Source: Octopus sinensis (Eukaryota). From it: DNA of 64,000 nt. Under the pieces are notes generated by a model. That model was given only the letters and a program-made list of their open reading frames with translations. It was not told where the DNA came from and did not search any database. Positions 1 through 9,888 of the stretch are shown here, in pieces; within the stretch, counting starts at the first letter, position 1, and every line of letters begins with the position of its first letter. The stretch spans positions 37,324,001 through 37,388,000 of the forward strand of contig NC_043000.1 of NCBI RefSeq assembly GCF_006345805.1, read 5' to 3'. Position numbers and translations under genes: made by a program.

Positions 1-36
1 AAAATATATATATATATATATATACATATATATATG

Positions 37-72
<36 letters not shown>

Positions 73-190
73 TATATTATATATATATATATATATATAG
101 ATAGATATATAGATATATATAGATAATGTATATGTCTAATGTGTCTAAATTAGATATATCCATATAAACATGAGTGTGTGTGTGTGTATG
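1..190. repeat. Compound (TA)n/(TACA)n/(GATA)n/(TG)n microsatellite
   Basis: Directly visible short tandem repeats. Confidence 0.95.
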
Positions 191-814
191 TAGGAGGGTG
201 AAGAAGCAGTTGTTCGTTCTTGTTACAATTACTCAATGATATAAGTGCACTTGGTGGAAATCAATTGCATATACCGAAGTCTGCAGTACCACCCCTATGC
301 CTTACTGCACACACGCATACTCTATTTCTTAATCTCATGAATTTTGGCATTAGTGCATCTTGATGCGTTTGCAGAATCAATAAGAAACCTTACATTGGAA
401 CCTTGTTCTTATCACAATAACAAGGATGTTCATCAACAGCTTTTATTTAGAAGCAATGCAAGATGAAAATCTTGGCTGCACATCATATGGCATGGTGTGG
501 CTGGTGGTTTTGAGGAGAAGTTGTTGGAACAATATGTTAGGTGTGACCATGATCTTATTTGTATGTGAAAATGTTGTAATATAAATGCGTAAACAAAAGT
601 TTGTGTATATTTCTGAAGAAGATTTTCAATAGATATTATGTAATGTATATTTTAGTTGAAATTTTAATAAATGTGAGTGTGCTTGTGTATGTGTGTGTGT
701 GTCTGTCAATCCTCTTCAGAGTATGTTAGGCAGCATATTCTACAATAGGCTAGGACCAAACAATGCATTGTGAATGTGTTTGGTAAACACAAATTCTATG
801 AAGTCCACAAAAAC

Positions 815-865
<51 letters not shown>

Positions 866-940
866 CATATATATATATATACATACATACATATACATAT
901 ATACATACATACATACACACACACACACATACATATATAT

Positions 941-1203
941 GGAGGCACTGGCCTCATGGAGGCAAGTGGCTGAGTTCCTTTCGAGTGATGGGCCTTATGG
1001 AGGCAATGACCAAGACCTTTGGCATTATGTTGCACTTGAGAAGAAGACCCACCAAACCGAGCAAAATTGCAGTCATGGTAGATACTGGTGTCACACAAAT
1101 GGCACCCATGGTGGTAGCATGTAAAAGCATCCGTTACACTCCCAGAGTGTTTGGCATTAGGAAGGACATCCAACCATAGAAAACCCATGCCATATCAGAC
1201 TGT
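941..1203 (+). mobile_element. Degenerate RTE 3'UTR-derived fragment
   Basis: Contains diverged versions of motifs seen in the young RTE 3' end at 4900-5236 (ttggcattaggaagg-catcca-c-tagaaa-c-tgccatatcagactg). Boundaries approximate. Confidence 0.7.
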
Positions 1204-2329
1204 TGCCTGCTTTTCTCCAGATATCACAATAGCAACTTCATTACATTCAGGTACACAATAGCAGAGTGAATGCTCTCCTGATGGTCTCTTGTCAGTATTT
1301 ATCTTCTACAGGCACATTTTCGAGGGCATATTTGAAACTTCTAATATATCTGTTTCTTGTACATAACACATCTTGTAGTCGTAATATGATTTCATATTAC
1401 ATAGTGTATACACAGTGTCCGATACAAAGAAAATACCATGGCTACTCGAGTAGATACAACAGCTACAGTCACAACAGTGGCCACACATTATAACTATGAA
1501 AAACACCACATCATAACAACAATGAAAGGCAGTATTCCAGCATGGCCTCAGCCTCTCGCTGAAACCAGTAAAATATTAAAGATACTCATTAATGAATGCT
1601 GCTATCATGTGTGAATAAGAGAGTCATTATCAATATCATACTTGGGGCCTCTAGCACTATGAGATTGTGATAACAGAATGAGATTAGATTAGTTAATATT
1701 CACTTGAAGAGAAGGCCAATGAATAGTTAAAGGGTAAATGTGAGAGATTATTCTAGGAAACTGAAGTTCTAGTGAAAGGAGTACTGAAGAAAGTGGTTAG
1801 TGTGAAGTCAGTGAGGAGACAAAGAATGAGTAATGAAGGTGTTAAGCAAAGCTAGTGGGCTCAAGTGGGTGAGAAGTTCAAATGAGCAGAGAAGAGACAC
1901 AGTCAGAATAAAGTTGAAGAATCTTTAGAGAGGGACAATTTTATTTATTTTGGTAACAAGCCAAAACATGTGTATATATGATATGTGTGTCCCAGATGCA
2001 TGGGTATTATATTAGTGAGAAACAGAGTCATGTAAATAATGCTAAACATATTTGAACAAGATACACTTACAGGCAGATTTTTATTTCTTTATATGTGTGT
2101 GTATGTGTAGCAGGAAGGCATGAATGAGCATATGTCTGCATGTGTTGCGTGTCCATTTTATTTCAATCTGTTGTATATGTAATTGAAGATGAAACAATTA
2201 GCTTTCAATATATCTCCTGGCAGCAGTTAATTTCAAAGTTGCAATAACTAAAACAAAATCCTAATTAACACTATAGGGAACTTCATGATTTCCAAGCCAC
2301 CATGGTGTCCATTGAGGTTAATGTAATAC

Positions 2330-3325
2330 ATAACGGAAGAATTTAAGACAGGATGCCCCTGGGAGCTCCTATATGCTGATGACCTTGCTCTAATTGCTGA
2401 GTCACTATCAGAACTGGAGGAGAAGTTTCAGGTGTGGAAACAAGGATTAGAATCGAAGGGCCTTAGAATCAACCTAGCCAAAACCAAAGTCCTAATAAGT
2501 AGGAAGGTGGACCAACCACAAACGACTTCAGGTAGATGGCCCTGCTCGATCTGTAAAAAAGGTGTAGGTAGAAACTCTATAAGGTGCACCAAGTGTAAGC
2601 TATGGACACATAAGAGGTGCAGCAATGTCAAAGGAAGGCTAACTAAGAAAATAGTTTTTGTCTGTGGCAGATGCTCAAGAGAAATAAACACTGGAAATGT
2701 GCAGAGACCAACTTCTACCACGTTCCAGGGAGACAAACTAGAAGTAGTTGATAGCTTCCGCTACCTAGGAGACCAAGTCAGTAGCGGGGGTGGGTGTGCT
2801 GAAAGTGTAACTGCTAGAGTAAGAATAGCCTGGGCAAAGTTTAGAGAGCTCTTACCCCTGCTGGTGACAAAAGGCCTCTCGCTAAGAGTAAAAGGCAGAC
2901 TATATGATGCGTGTGTACGTACAGCCATGCTACATGGTAGTGAAACATGGGCCGTGACAGCTGAGGATATGCGTAAGCTTGCAAGAAATGAAGCCAGTAT
3001 GCTCCGATGGATGTGTAATGTCAGTGTTCATAATCGTCAGAGTGTAAGTACTTTGAGAGAAAAGTTGAACCTAAGAAGTGTCAGTTGTGGTGTGCAAGAG
3101 AGACGGCTGCGCTGGTATGGTCATGTGACGAGAATGGCTGAAGATAGTTGTGTGCAAAAGTGCTACACCCTAGCAGTTGAGGGAACCTGTGGAAGAGGTA
3201 GACCCAGGAAAACCTGGGACGAGGTGGTGAAGCACGACCTTCGAACTTTAGGTCTCACCAAGGAAATGACTGAAGACCGAGTCCTATGGAAGTGTGCTGT
3301 GCATGAGAGGATCCGGCAGGACTAG
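2330..3325 (+). CDS. RTE LINE ORF C-terminal part: reverse transcriptase (YADD) + PHD finger + C-terminal domain; 5'-truncated, no native start
   Basis: YADD at 2372-2383. Also GLRINLAKTKV, FRYLG, HGSETW, RRLRWYGHV and RGRPRKTW motifs typical of RTE ORFs. No stops from 2330 to TAG 3323-3325. Confidence 0.9.
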   Translation: MTEEFKTGCPWELLYADDLALIAESLSELEEKFQVWKQGLESKGLRINLAKTKVLISRKVDQPQTTSGRWPCSICKKGVGRNSIRCTKCKLWTHKRCSNVKGRLTKKIVFVCGRCSREINTGNVQRPTSTTFQGDKLEVVDSFRYLGDQVSSGGGCAESVTARVRIAWAKFRELLPLLVTKGLSLRVKGRLYDACVRTAMLHGSETWAVTAEDMRKLARNEASMLRWMCNVSVHNRQSVSTLREKLNLRSVSCGVQERRLRWYGHVTRMAEDSCVQKCYTLAVEGTCGRGRPRKTWDEVVKHDLRTLGLTKEMTEDRVLWKCAVHERIRQD

Positions 3326-5236
3326 TCAGGCCATATCCCGTGGCCCCTACCTGGGACGTAGTCGATCCACATGTGCATACCTTCCTTCTTGTGACACTTG
3401 TGAAGACCTGCTGAGGCAAGTGAAAATCAATCAAAATAGATGAACATCAATGGAATTTGTATCTTTGTGGTACCAGTGCCTGTGGCACACAAGAAAACCA
3501 TCCGAACGTGGCCGTAGCCAGTACCGCGTCGACTCGCCTCCGTGATGTGGGAACATGGTGGCACATAAAAACACCATCCGAAGACCCGGCAAGACTAGTC
3601 AGGTCATAACCCGTGGGCCCTACCTGGGACGTAGTCAGTCCACCTGTACATACCTTCCTTCTTGCGACATTTGTGAAGACCTGTTGAGGCAAGTGAAAAT
3701 CAAAACAAATCAAAATAGATGAACATCAATGGAATTTGTATCTTCGTGGTACCAGTGCCGGTGGTACCAGTGCCGGTGGTACCAGTGCCGGTGGCACACA
3801 AGAGAAAACCATCCGAAAGTGGCCGTAGCCAGTACCGCATCGACTGGCCTCCGTGCTGTGGGCACATGACAAACACCATCCGATCGTGGCCGTTCGCCAG
3901 CCTCATCTAGCACCTGTGTCGGTGGCACATAAAAACACCATCCGAAGACCCGGCAAGACTAGTCAGGCCATAACCCATGGCCCCTACCTGGGACGTAGTC
4001 AGTCCACCTGTGCATACCTTCCTTCTTGTGACACTTGTGAAGACCTGTTGAGGCAAGTGAAAATCAAAATCAAATCAAAACAAATCAAAATAGATGAACA
4101 TCAATGGAATCTGTATCTTGTGGTACCAGTGCCGGTGGCACACACTTTGTGGTACCAGTGCCGGTGGCACACAAGAGAACCATCCGAACGTGGCCGTAGC
4201 CAGTTCCGCATCGACCGGCCTCCGTGCTGTGGGCACGTAACAAACACCATCCGATCATGGCCGTTCGCCAGCCTCATCTGGCACCTGTGTCGGTGGCACA
4301 TAAAAACACCTTCCGAAGACCCGGCAAGACTAGTCAGTCCACCTGTGCATACCTTCCTCTTGTGACACCTGTGAAGACCGGTTGAGGCAAGTAAAAAATC
4401 AAATCAAATCAAATCAAATCAAAATAGACAAATAGATGAACATCAATGGAATTTGTATCTTGTGGTACCAGTGCCTGTGGCACACAAGAAATCCATCAGT
4501 GCTGTAGTCAGTGCGGTGGGCACATGACAAACCCCATCCGATCGTGGCCGTTCGCCAGCCTCATCTAGCACCTGTGTCGGTGGCACATAAAAACACCATC
4601 CGAAGACCCGGCAAGACTAGTCAGGCCATAACCCATGGCCCCTACTGGGACGTAGTCAGTCCACCTGTGCATACCTTCCTTCTTGGGACACTTGTGAAGA
4701 CCTGTTGAGGCAAGTGAAAATCAAATCAAAACAAATCAAAATAGATGAACATCAATGGAATTTGTATCCTTGTGGTACCAGTGCCGGTGGCACGTGGCAC
4801 ACAAGAAAACCATCCGAACGTGGCCGTAGCCAGTACTGCATCGACTGGCCTCCGTGCTGTAGGCACGTAACAAGCACCATCCGATCGTGGCCATTTTGCC
4901 AGCCTCATCTGGCACCTGTGTCAGTGGCACATAGAAACACCATCCGAGCGTGGCCGTCTGCCAGCCTCGTCTGGCACCTGTGTCGGTGGCACATAAAAAA
5001 CACCATCCGAGCGTGGCCGTTTGCCAGCCTCGTCTGGCACCTGCGTCGGTGGCACATAAAATCACCCACTACACTCTCGGAGTGGTTGGCGTTAGGAAGG
5101 GCATCCAGCTGTAGAAACACTGCCAGATCTGACTGGACTGGTGCAGCTTTCGGGCTCCCCAGACCCCAGTTGAACCGTCCAACCCATGCTAGCATGGAAA
5201 GCGGACGTTAAATGATGATGATGATGATGATGATGA
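2330..5236 (+). mobile_element. 5'-truncated RTE-clade LINE, young copy with reiterated 3'UTR and (ATG)n tail
   Basis: Frame begins ITEEFKTGCPWELLYADDL right after an in-frame TAA at 2324-2326, marking the truncation point. Followed by the RTE C-terminus, a repetitive 3'UTR and an (ATG)n tail at about 5212-5236. No TSD found. Confidence 0.95.
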
Positions 5237-5340
5237 TTGGCTGGTTGATGAAATAAAATAGTTCTACAACTCTCAGTATACTGCATGTTTCAGCTTGTTT
5301 TGTGAGTATATAGCTCTGATATATATATAATTTATACACA

Positions 5341-5498
5341 GGCACAGGAGTGGCTGTGTGGTAAGAAGCTTACTCAACCACATGGTCCCAGGTTTAGTTC
5401 CACTGTGTGACACCTTAGTCAAGTGTCTTCTACTATGGCCTTGGGCTGATCAAACCTCGTGAGTTGATCTGGTAGACGGAAACTGAAAGAAGCCCATC
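5341..5498 (+). mobile_element. tRNA-derived SINE, 5' half (family A)
   Basis: Head ggcacaggagtggctgtgtggtaagaagc with a B-box-like ggtttagttcc, body ending aaactgaaagaagcccatc, then (TA)n. Matching copies at 8885, 10141 and 50643. Confidence 0.85.
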
Positions 5499-5558
5499 AT
5501 ATATATATATATATATATTTGTTTCTTACCTATACATATATATATATATATATATATA

Positions 5559-6214
5559 TAATAGTTATCGCCATACTAATATGGCATTCTTATAAAAATA
5601 AGAATAAAGCTGTCCGCTTATTATCTCCATGAGGCCATCGCCTTAAGTTAGCTATTTGATACACAAACTGTATCCATATAACCTTCGAACAAGGGAGGTC
5701 AGTCGCTCCACACTACTTGACCGGCAGCTACAGACGCGTTTCGGGGTATTGCCCCTTTTCAATGCAGCGTAGCCAGCCAGTAGGTGTCGCTTCCGACAAT
5801 CTCTGTTCGATGGTTTTATTTACCTAGTTTCGGTGGAATACATCCACTTGTTTTCAATAATAGAAATATTAAAATTACTAAGTCTCTCTAAAAGAGAACA
5901 GCGGCAGCGTTCCCGGAAAATAATAGTTATCGCCATACTAATATGGCATTCTTATAAAAATAAGAATAAAGCTGTCCGCTTATTAGCTCCATGAGGCCAT
6001 CGCCTAAAGTTAGCTATTTGATACACAAACTGTATCCATATAACCTTCGAACAAGGGAGCTAACTTAAGGCGATGGCCTCATGGAGCTAATAAGCGGACA
6101 GCTTTATTCTTATTTTTATAAGAATGCCATATTAGTATGGCGATAACTATTATTTTCCGGGAACGCTGCCGGTGTTCTCTTTTAGAGAGACTTAGTAATT
6201 TTAATATTTCTATT
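5559..6214 (-). mobile_element. Non-autonomous Penelope-like pLTR/retrozyme-like element: partial tandem plus inverted segment, inserted in (TA)n
   Basis: Direct repeat 5559-5697 / 5921-6059 (period 362 bp). 6058-6214 is an inverted copy of 5859-6015. (TA)n on both sides. Contains an HHR motif. Confidence 0.8.
5727..5768 (-). ncRNA. Type I hammerhead ribozyme motif, U3-A8 variant, minimal stem III
   Basis: Minus strand reads GCUGCA UUGAAAA GGGG-CAAUA-CCCC GAAAC-GC-GUC/UGUAGC. Stem I 6 bp (one G-U), stem II 4 bp, GUC cleavage triplet (cut between 5733 and 5732). Confidence 0.75.
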
Positions 6215-6255
6215 ATATATATATATATATACATATATATTTGATTTTTACTCCT

Positions 6256-6307
<52 letters not shown>

Positions 6308-6930
6308 TATATATATGTAGAAGTAAGAATCAAATATATATATATATATATACATACATATATATTTGATTTTTACTTCTACATATATATATATATGTAT
6401 GTAGAAGTAAGAATCAAATTTAGGCAAATCAAATTTACATATACATTCAGCTGTAGATCCAACATGCATGAATTACTGCATAAGTATATACAATACATCA
6501 AACATTTTAAAAATATATAAAAATATACATTAAAAATATATTGAAAAATAAATACATATAGAGGTCAATTTACAGATTATAAAACAAAGTCATAAAAAAA
6601 GTTAAGAGTCTTGAAAATAAAAAGTTTAGGTGTTACTTATCCATTTAATAATCCTACAGCTGTTTCTGGGGTCTGATTGTCCAGTCATAAAGAAAGATAT
6701 TTACATACATTTCTGGACACCACTTCCTTAATCAGGGAAAATTAATTTCTAAAAGGGCTCACATTTCCTGCATTTTTCTAATGGGAATTACCTATGGAGT
6801 GTTTTTATGGAGATATATGCAAAAGACCAAGAAGTGGAAGTGTTTTTGAGTGGTTGGAGGAGGAGATACAATGCATGATAAGACAAGGCTACTGATGGCT
6901 CTATAGGTAGAGAGTAAGAGGAGGAGAGTG

Positions 6931-7506
6931 CAGGGCTATTGCTAAGCTCCTGCAGTTTAAGGGCCCCATGATAAGATCATGGTAAATTTGGAAACAACAT
7001 CTATTTACTTTGGTTAAGATGTTGAACAAGAATTAAATGAGCTATGTTAACTGAAATTTTTAAGCAATGGAATGGTAATACATTGTACCTGCAAAAGGTC
7101 TTGGAAAAAAATTACATTGTACCACAAATGTGTAGCAGACTTTGTGGATTGTCTATGATATCTATTGAACATGATCTTAGCGCTCAGCTTGATTATTCTG
7201 AACTGATCGATGATTTTGCAAAGTGAAAAGTGCGCTGTGTTAGTCTTTGAAAGTTGCCTGGATTATAAAATTGCTTTTTTATTCATATCTGGAAGTTATA
7301 ATTATTGAAATTTGTAATAGACCTAAATAAATTTAACTTGTAATTTTAAAGATGTTGTTTAGGATAATGTGAAATAGTGAACTTCAGATAGAATAAAGTA
7401 AAATATAGCTATGAATAAAAGGTGCATAGATAATGAATTTTGACTGAAGGGATGGGGCCTTGAAACAAAGTTGCAGGGGGCCTCTAAAAGTCATACAACA
7501 GAGCTG
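6931..7506 (+). mobile_element. Internally deleted hAT DNA transposon
   Basis: Retains a hAT C-terminal dimerisation-like segment (RLCGLSMISIEHDL..LDYSELIDDFAK, 7137-7223). Degenerate TIRs CAGGGCTATTG / CAGCTCTGTTG. 8-bp TSD ggagagtg (6923-6930) / ggtgagtg (7507-7514), 7/8 identical. Confidence 0.75.
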
Positions 7507-9084
7507 GGTGAGTGTTGTTTTATTTTTCAGAAAAAATTTCAATTGGTGTGGAGGCTGGTTCTCAATTCTATTCAGAATCGTAATGCATGTTGAGTAAAAC
7601 CAATGTTTGCCTGAAAACAATACCTCCACCTTTGCTAAGGCGGAGGTATTAATAGTTTTTTAAACACACAAGTCTCTTTCAGGAGTTTTCCTTAGAGAAA
7701 ATAGTACAGCTAGCACTGTTCTACAGTTGTACATACATTATAATTGTTATACATGATGTTATTTCAAATAATAGTTGTTTTAACAAATGATCATTACTTC
7801 ATGGTGTTATTTGAAAAGACTGATGGAATCTAATTAGTTTAAACAAAGATGCAACAATATGATGAATGTTATGTTGGTGAATTCTTGGATATTTAACAAA
7901 ATAACTTGCTGTTGCCAAAGTTTCAAGAAACCCTGAATGAATATTCAGCTTGTGATGTTTAGTGAGATAATATTATTGTATACATTAATACTAGTAATAT
8001 TAATGTATACACACATCATTATGTCGCATGAATTCATCATCAACAGAGGTAGAATTATATAAAAAAGAAAAATAGAAAATTACTGAAAATGAATTCACTT
8101 GGAGCAAAAGCAAATTAGAAATCTTTCAAAGCAAAGAATCTTCTTACATGGCTGTTCAACTTGCTAGAAATAGTAGCTAAATCTTTCTTAAATCACATCT
8201 AAAGACGGAATGGATAATATTGTCTTCTAATGATGGAAGGGATAAAATTACACAAATATATAATTAAGCTGCTTGCTTTGCAATTCTGTGCCTATGCAGT
8301 ACTTTTGTGAAATGTAGTCTAGTATACCTTCAGATAGAAATTTGTCAATAAAATTGGATGGCCAGAATCTGTGGCCAGTAGCGCATGTGTGTGTGTTGTT
8401 TTGTTTGCAGTCAGTAATGCAGAATCCAACACAGCCATGGTACAGCTATCATTGCTATAATGGAACACCATTAGCATGGAAAACAGATGTTAAAGGATGA
8501 TGATGATGATGATCAAAGTACTTGATACTTTGTGTGCATGTTGATTTAAAAGGGTACCTGTTCCACATTAGCTATTATTATCAATACCTCAAACAGAAAA
8601 TCAGGACAAACATGAACAAGGCAATTGTTAGAAACTAAAAATTTTGACAAAATACAATTAGCCCATTTAAAAAAAAAACATAAATGATATAACTATTGCA
8701 TTAAATTTGCATACATGACAAAATTACTGTTTGTGTAGATTATGAATCTCTTTTCTTTTTACCTGTTCTTTCTCTATTGTCATGCCTTTAATTAGATATG
8801 AGTTTTTACATATATTCACAAGATATCAATTCCAGGGCATTATTTCCTAATTAAATCATAAATAAATAAATAGATAATAATGAACATTTTGGGTTCAGTC
8901 CCACTGCATGGCACCTTGGGCAAGTGTCTTCTACTATAGCCTCGGACCAATGAAAGCCTTTTGAGTGGATTTGATAGATGGAAACTGAAAGAAGCCCATC
9001 GTATATATATTTATGTATGTATATATATATATATATATATATTATTATTGAATGGAAGAAATGGAGTTGAACGAAGATTGTACA

Positions 9085-9194
9085 GAATTCCTTTTATTAC
9101 ATTCTACACATGTTTCAAAGGCCACAAATTTCCAAATTCTGATTAAATAAGGGTACCATATTGTGGCTTTCTCATCAGGAAAAAACAGGAATTC
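9085..9194 (-). ncRNA. Mirror copy of the 9342-9451 hammerhead motif
   Basis: Left arm of the palindrome. tctcatcag and gtttc are visible on the + strand. Confidence 0.8.
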
Positions 9195-9341
9195 CGTTGA
9201 CAGAACAAAACAGAACAGAGGCGCAGCAATTCGAACGAGGAGGCTCTTTAAGAGCCCATGGCTGAACTGTTCAGCCATGGGCTCTTAAAGAGCCTCCTCG
9301 TTCGAATTGCTGCGCCTCTGTTCTGTTTTGTTCTGTCAACG

Positions 9342-9451
9342 GAATTCCTGTTTTTTCCTGATGAGAAAGCCACAATATGGTACCCTTATTTAATCAGAAT
9401 TTGGAAATTTGTGGCCTTTGAAACATGTGTAGAATGTAATAAAAGGAATTC
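9342..9451 (+). ncRNA. Type I hammerhead ribozyme motif with extended stem II and bulged stem I
   Basis: CUGAUGA 9358-9364. Stem II aaagccac / gtggc(c)ttt (9366-9373 / 9411-9419). GAAA 9420-9423. Stem III AC-AUGU-GU, GUA triplet 9429-9431. Stem I ttc/gaa, bulge tgtaat, ttt/aaa, gaattcct/aggaattc. Confidence 0.8.
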
Positions 9452-9642
9452 TGTACAATCTTCGTTCAACTCCATTTCTTCCATTCAATAATAATATTAA
9501 ACTTCAATTATCCGCACCAACGCACGGTTGCAACACCAAATGGTCTTATCCCCAACCGTGTATTTTCTGCTGTGATTTTTGCTACCCAGGTATCGGTTAA
9601 ACTTTTGAATAATCTGTAACAAGAAAATTCATCTTTCTATTT

Positions 9643-9678
<36 letters not shown>

Positions 9679-9681
<3 letters not shown>

Positions 9682-9888
9682 CCAAACAAGAAAACACAAA
9701 AACAAAAAAAACACAACAACGCGAGGACGTGGAACAAATAAAGTATTATTGGACGCTCAGGAAAGAAGGGAAGAAGGAGGGTTTAACATTTCGAGCGGAG
9801 CTCTTCGTCAGAAACATGGGAGAAGGAAAGATCCCGAGAAGGGAAGACAGAGGAAAAAAATCGCCAGTGGTACTCACGAGGTCACATA
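9679..9888 (-). mobile_element. Short Penelope-like pLTR-derived element with a minimal HHR
   Basis: Follows (TA)n and is purine-rich. Related to 30965-31185. HHR at 9781-9815. Confidence 0.6.
9781..9815 (-). ncRNA. Minimal type I hammerhead motif (dimer-type stem III, one substitution)
   Basis: Minus strand reads GUUU CUGACGA A GAGC-UCC-GCUC GAAA-U-GU-U/AAAC. C15.2 is U relative to the palindromic ACGU. Confidence 0.6.

Larger units (their letters stand above)
9039..9646 (+). mobile_element. HHR-bearing Penelope-like pLTR-derived element with a 229-bp 5' inverted duplication
   Basis: 9039-9267 is the reverse complement of 9269-9497, with a single unpaired T at 9268. Unique sequence continues to 9646. 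(TA)n on both sides. Confidence 0.8.

Noticed and set aside
193-364. Open frame EGEEAVVRSCYNLLNDISALGGNQLHIP... after a possible acceptor
   Set aside because: Faint resemblance to Helitron-derived protein, but no diagnostic motif or donor site. Cannot support exon or transposon.
740-1188. ORFs rich in YI/HT/CV dipeptides (also 6079-6469, 26053-26426, 38307-38668, 47738-48052, 56187-56498)
   Set aside because: Translations of (TA)n, (CA)n and (TG)n microsatellites, not genes.
3390-3428. cacttg-tgaaga-cct-gctg-agg-caagtg-aaa hairpin in the RTE 3'UTR resembling a hammerhead
   Set aside because: Core would be GUGAAGA and the GAAA is misplaced relative to stem II. No NUH site or stem III.
3447-5286. 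Many overlapping 60-170 aa ORFs (also 45705-46171)
   Set aside because: Read-throughs of the GC-richer RTE 3'UTR repeats on both strands.
9045-9491. Twin 77-aa ORFs on opposite strands
   Set aside because: By-product of the palindrome. No coding signature.
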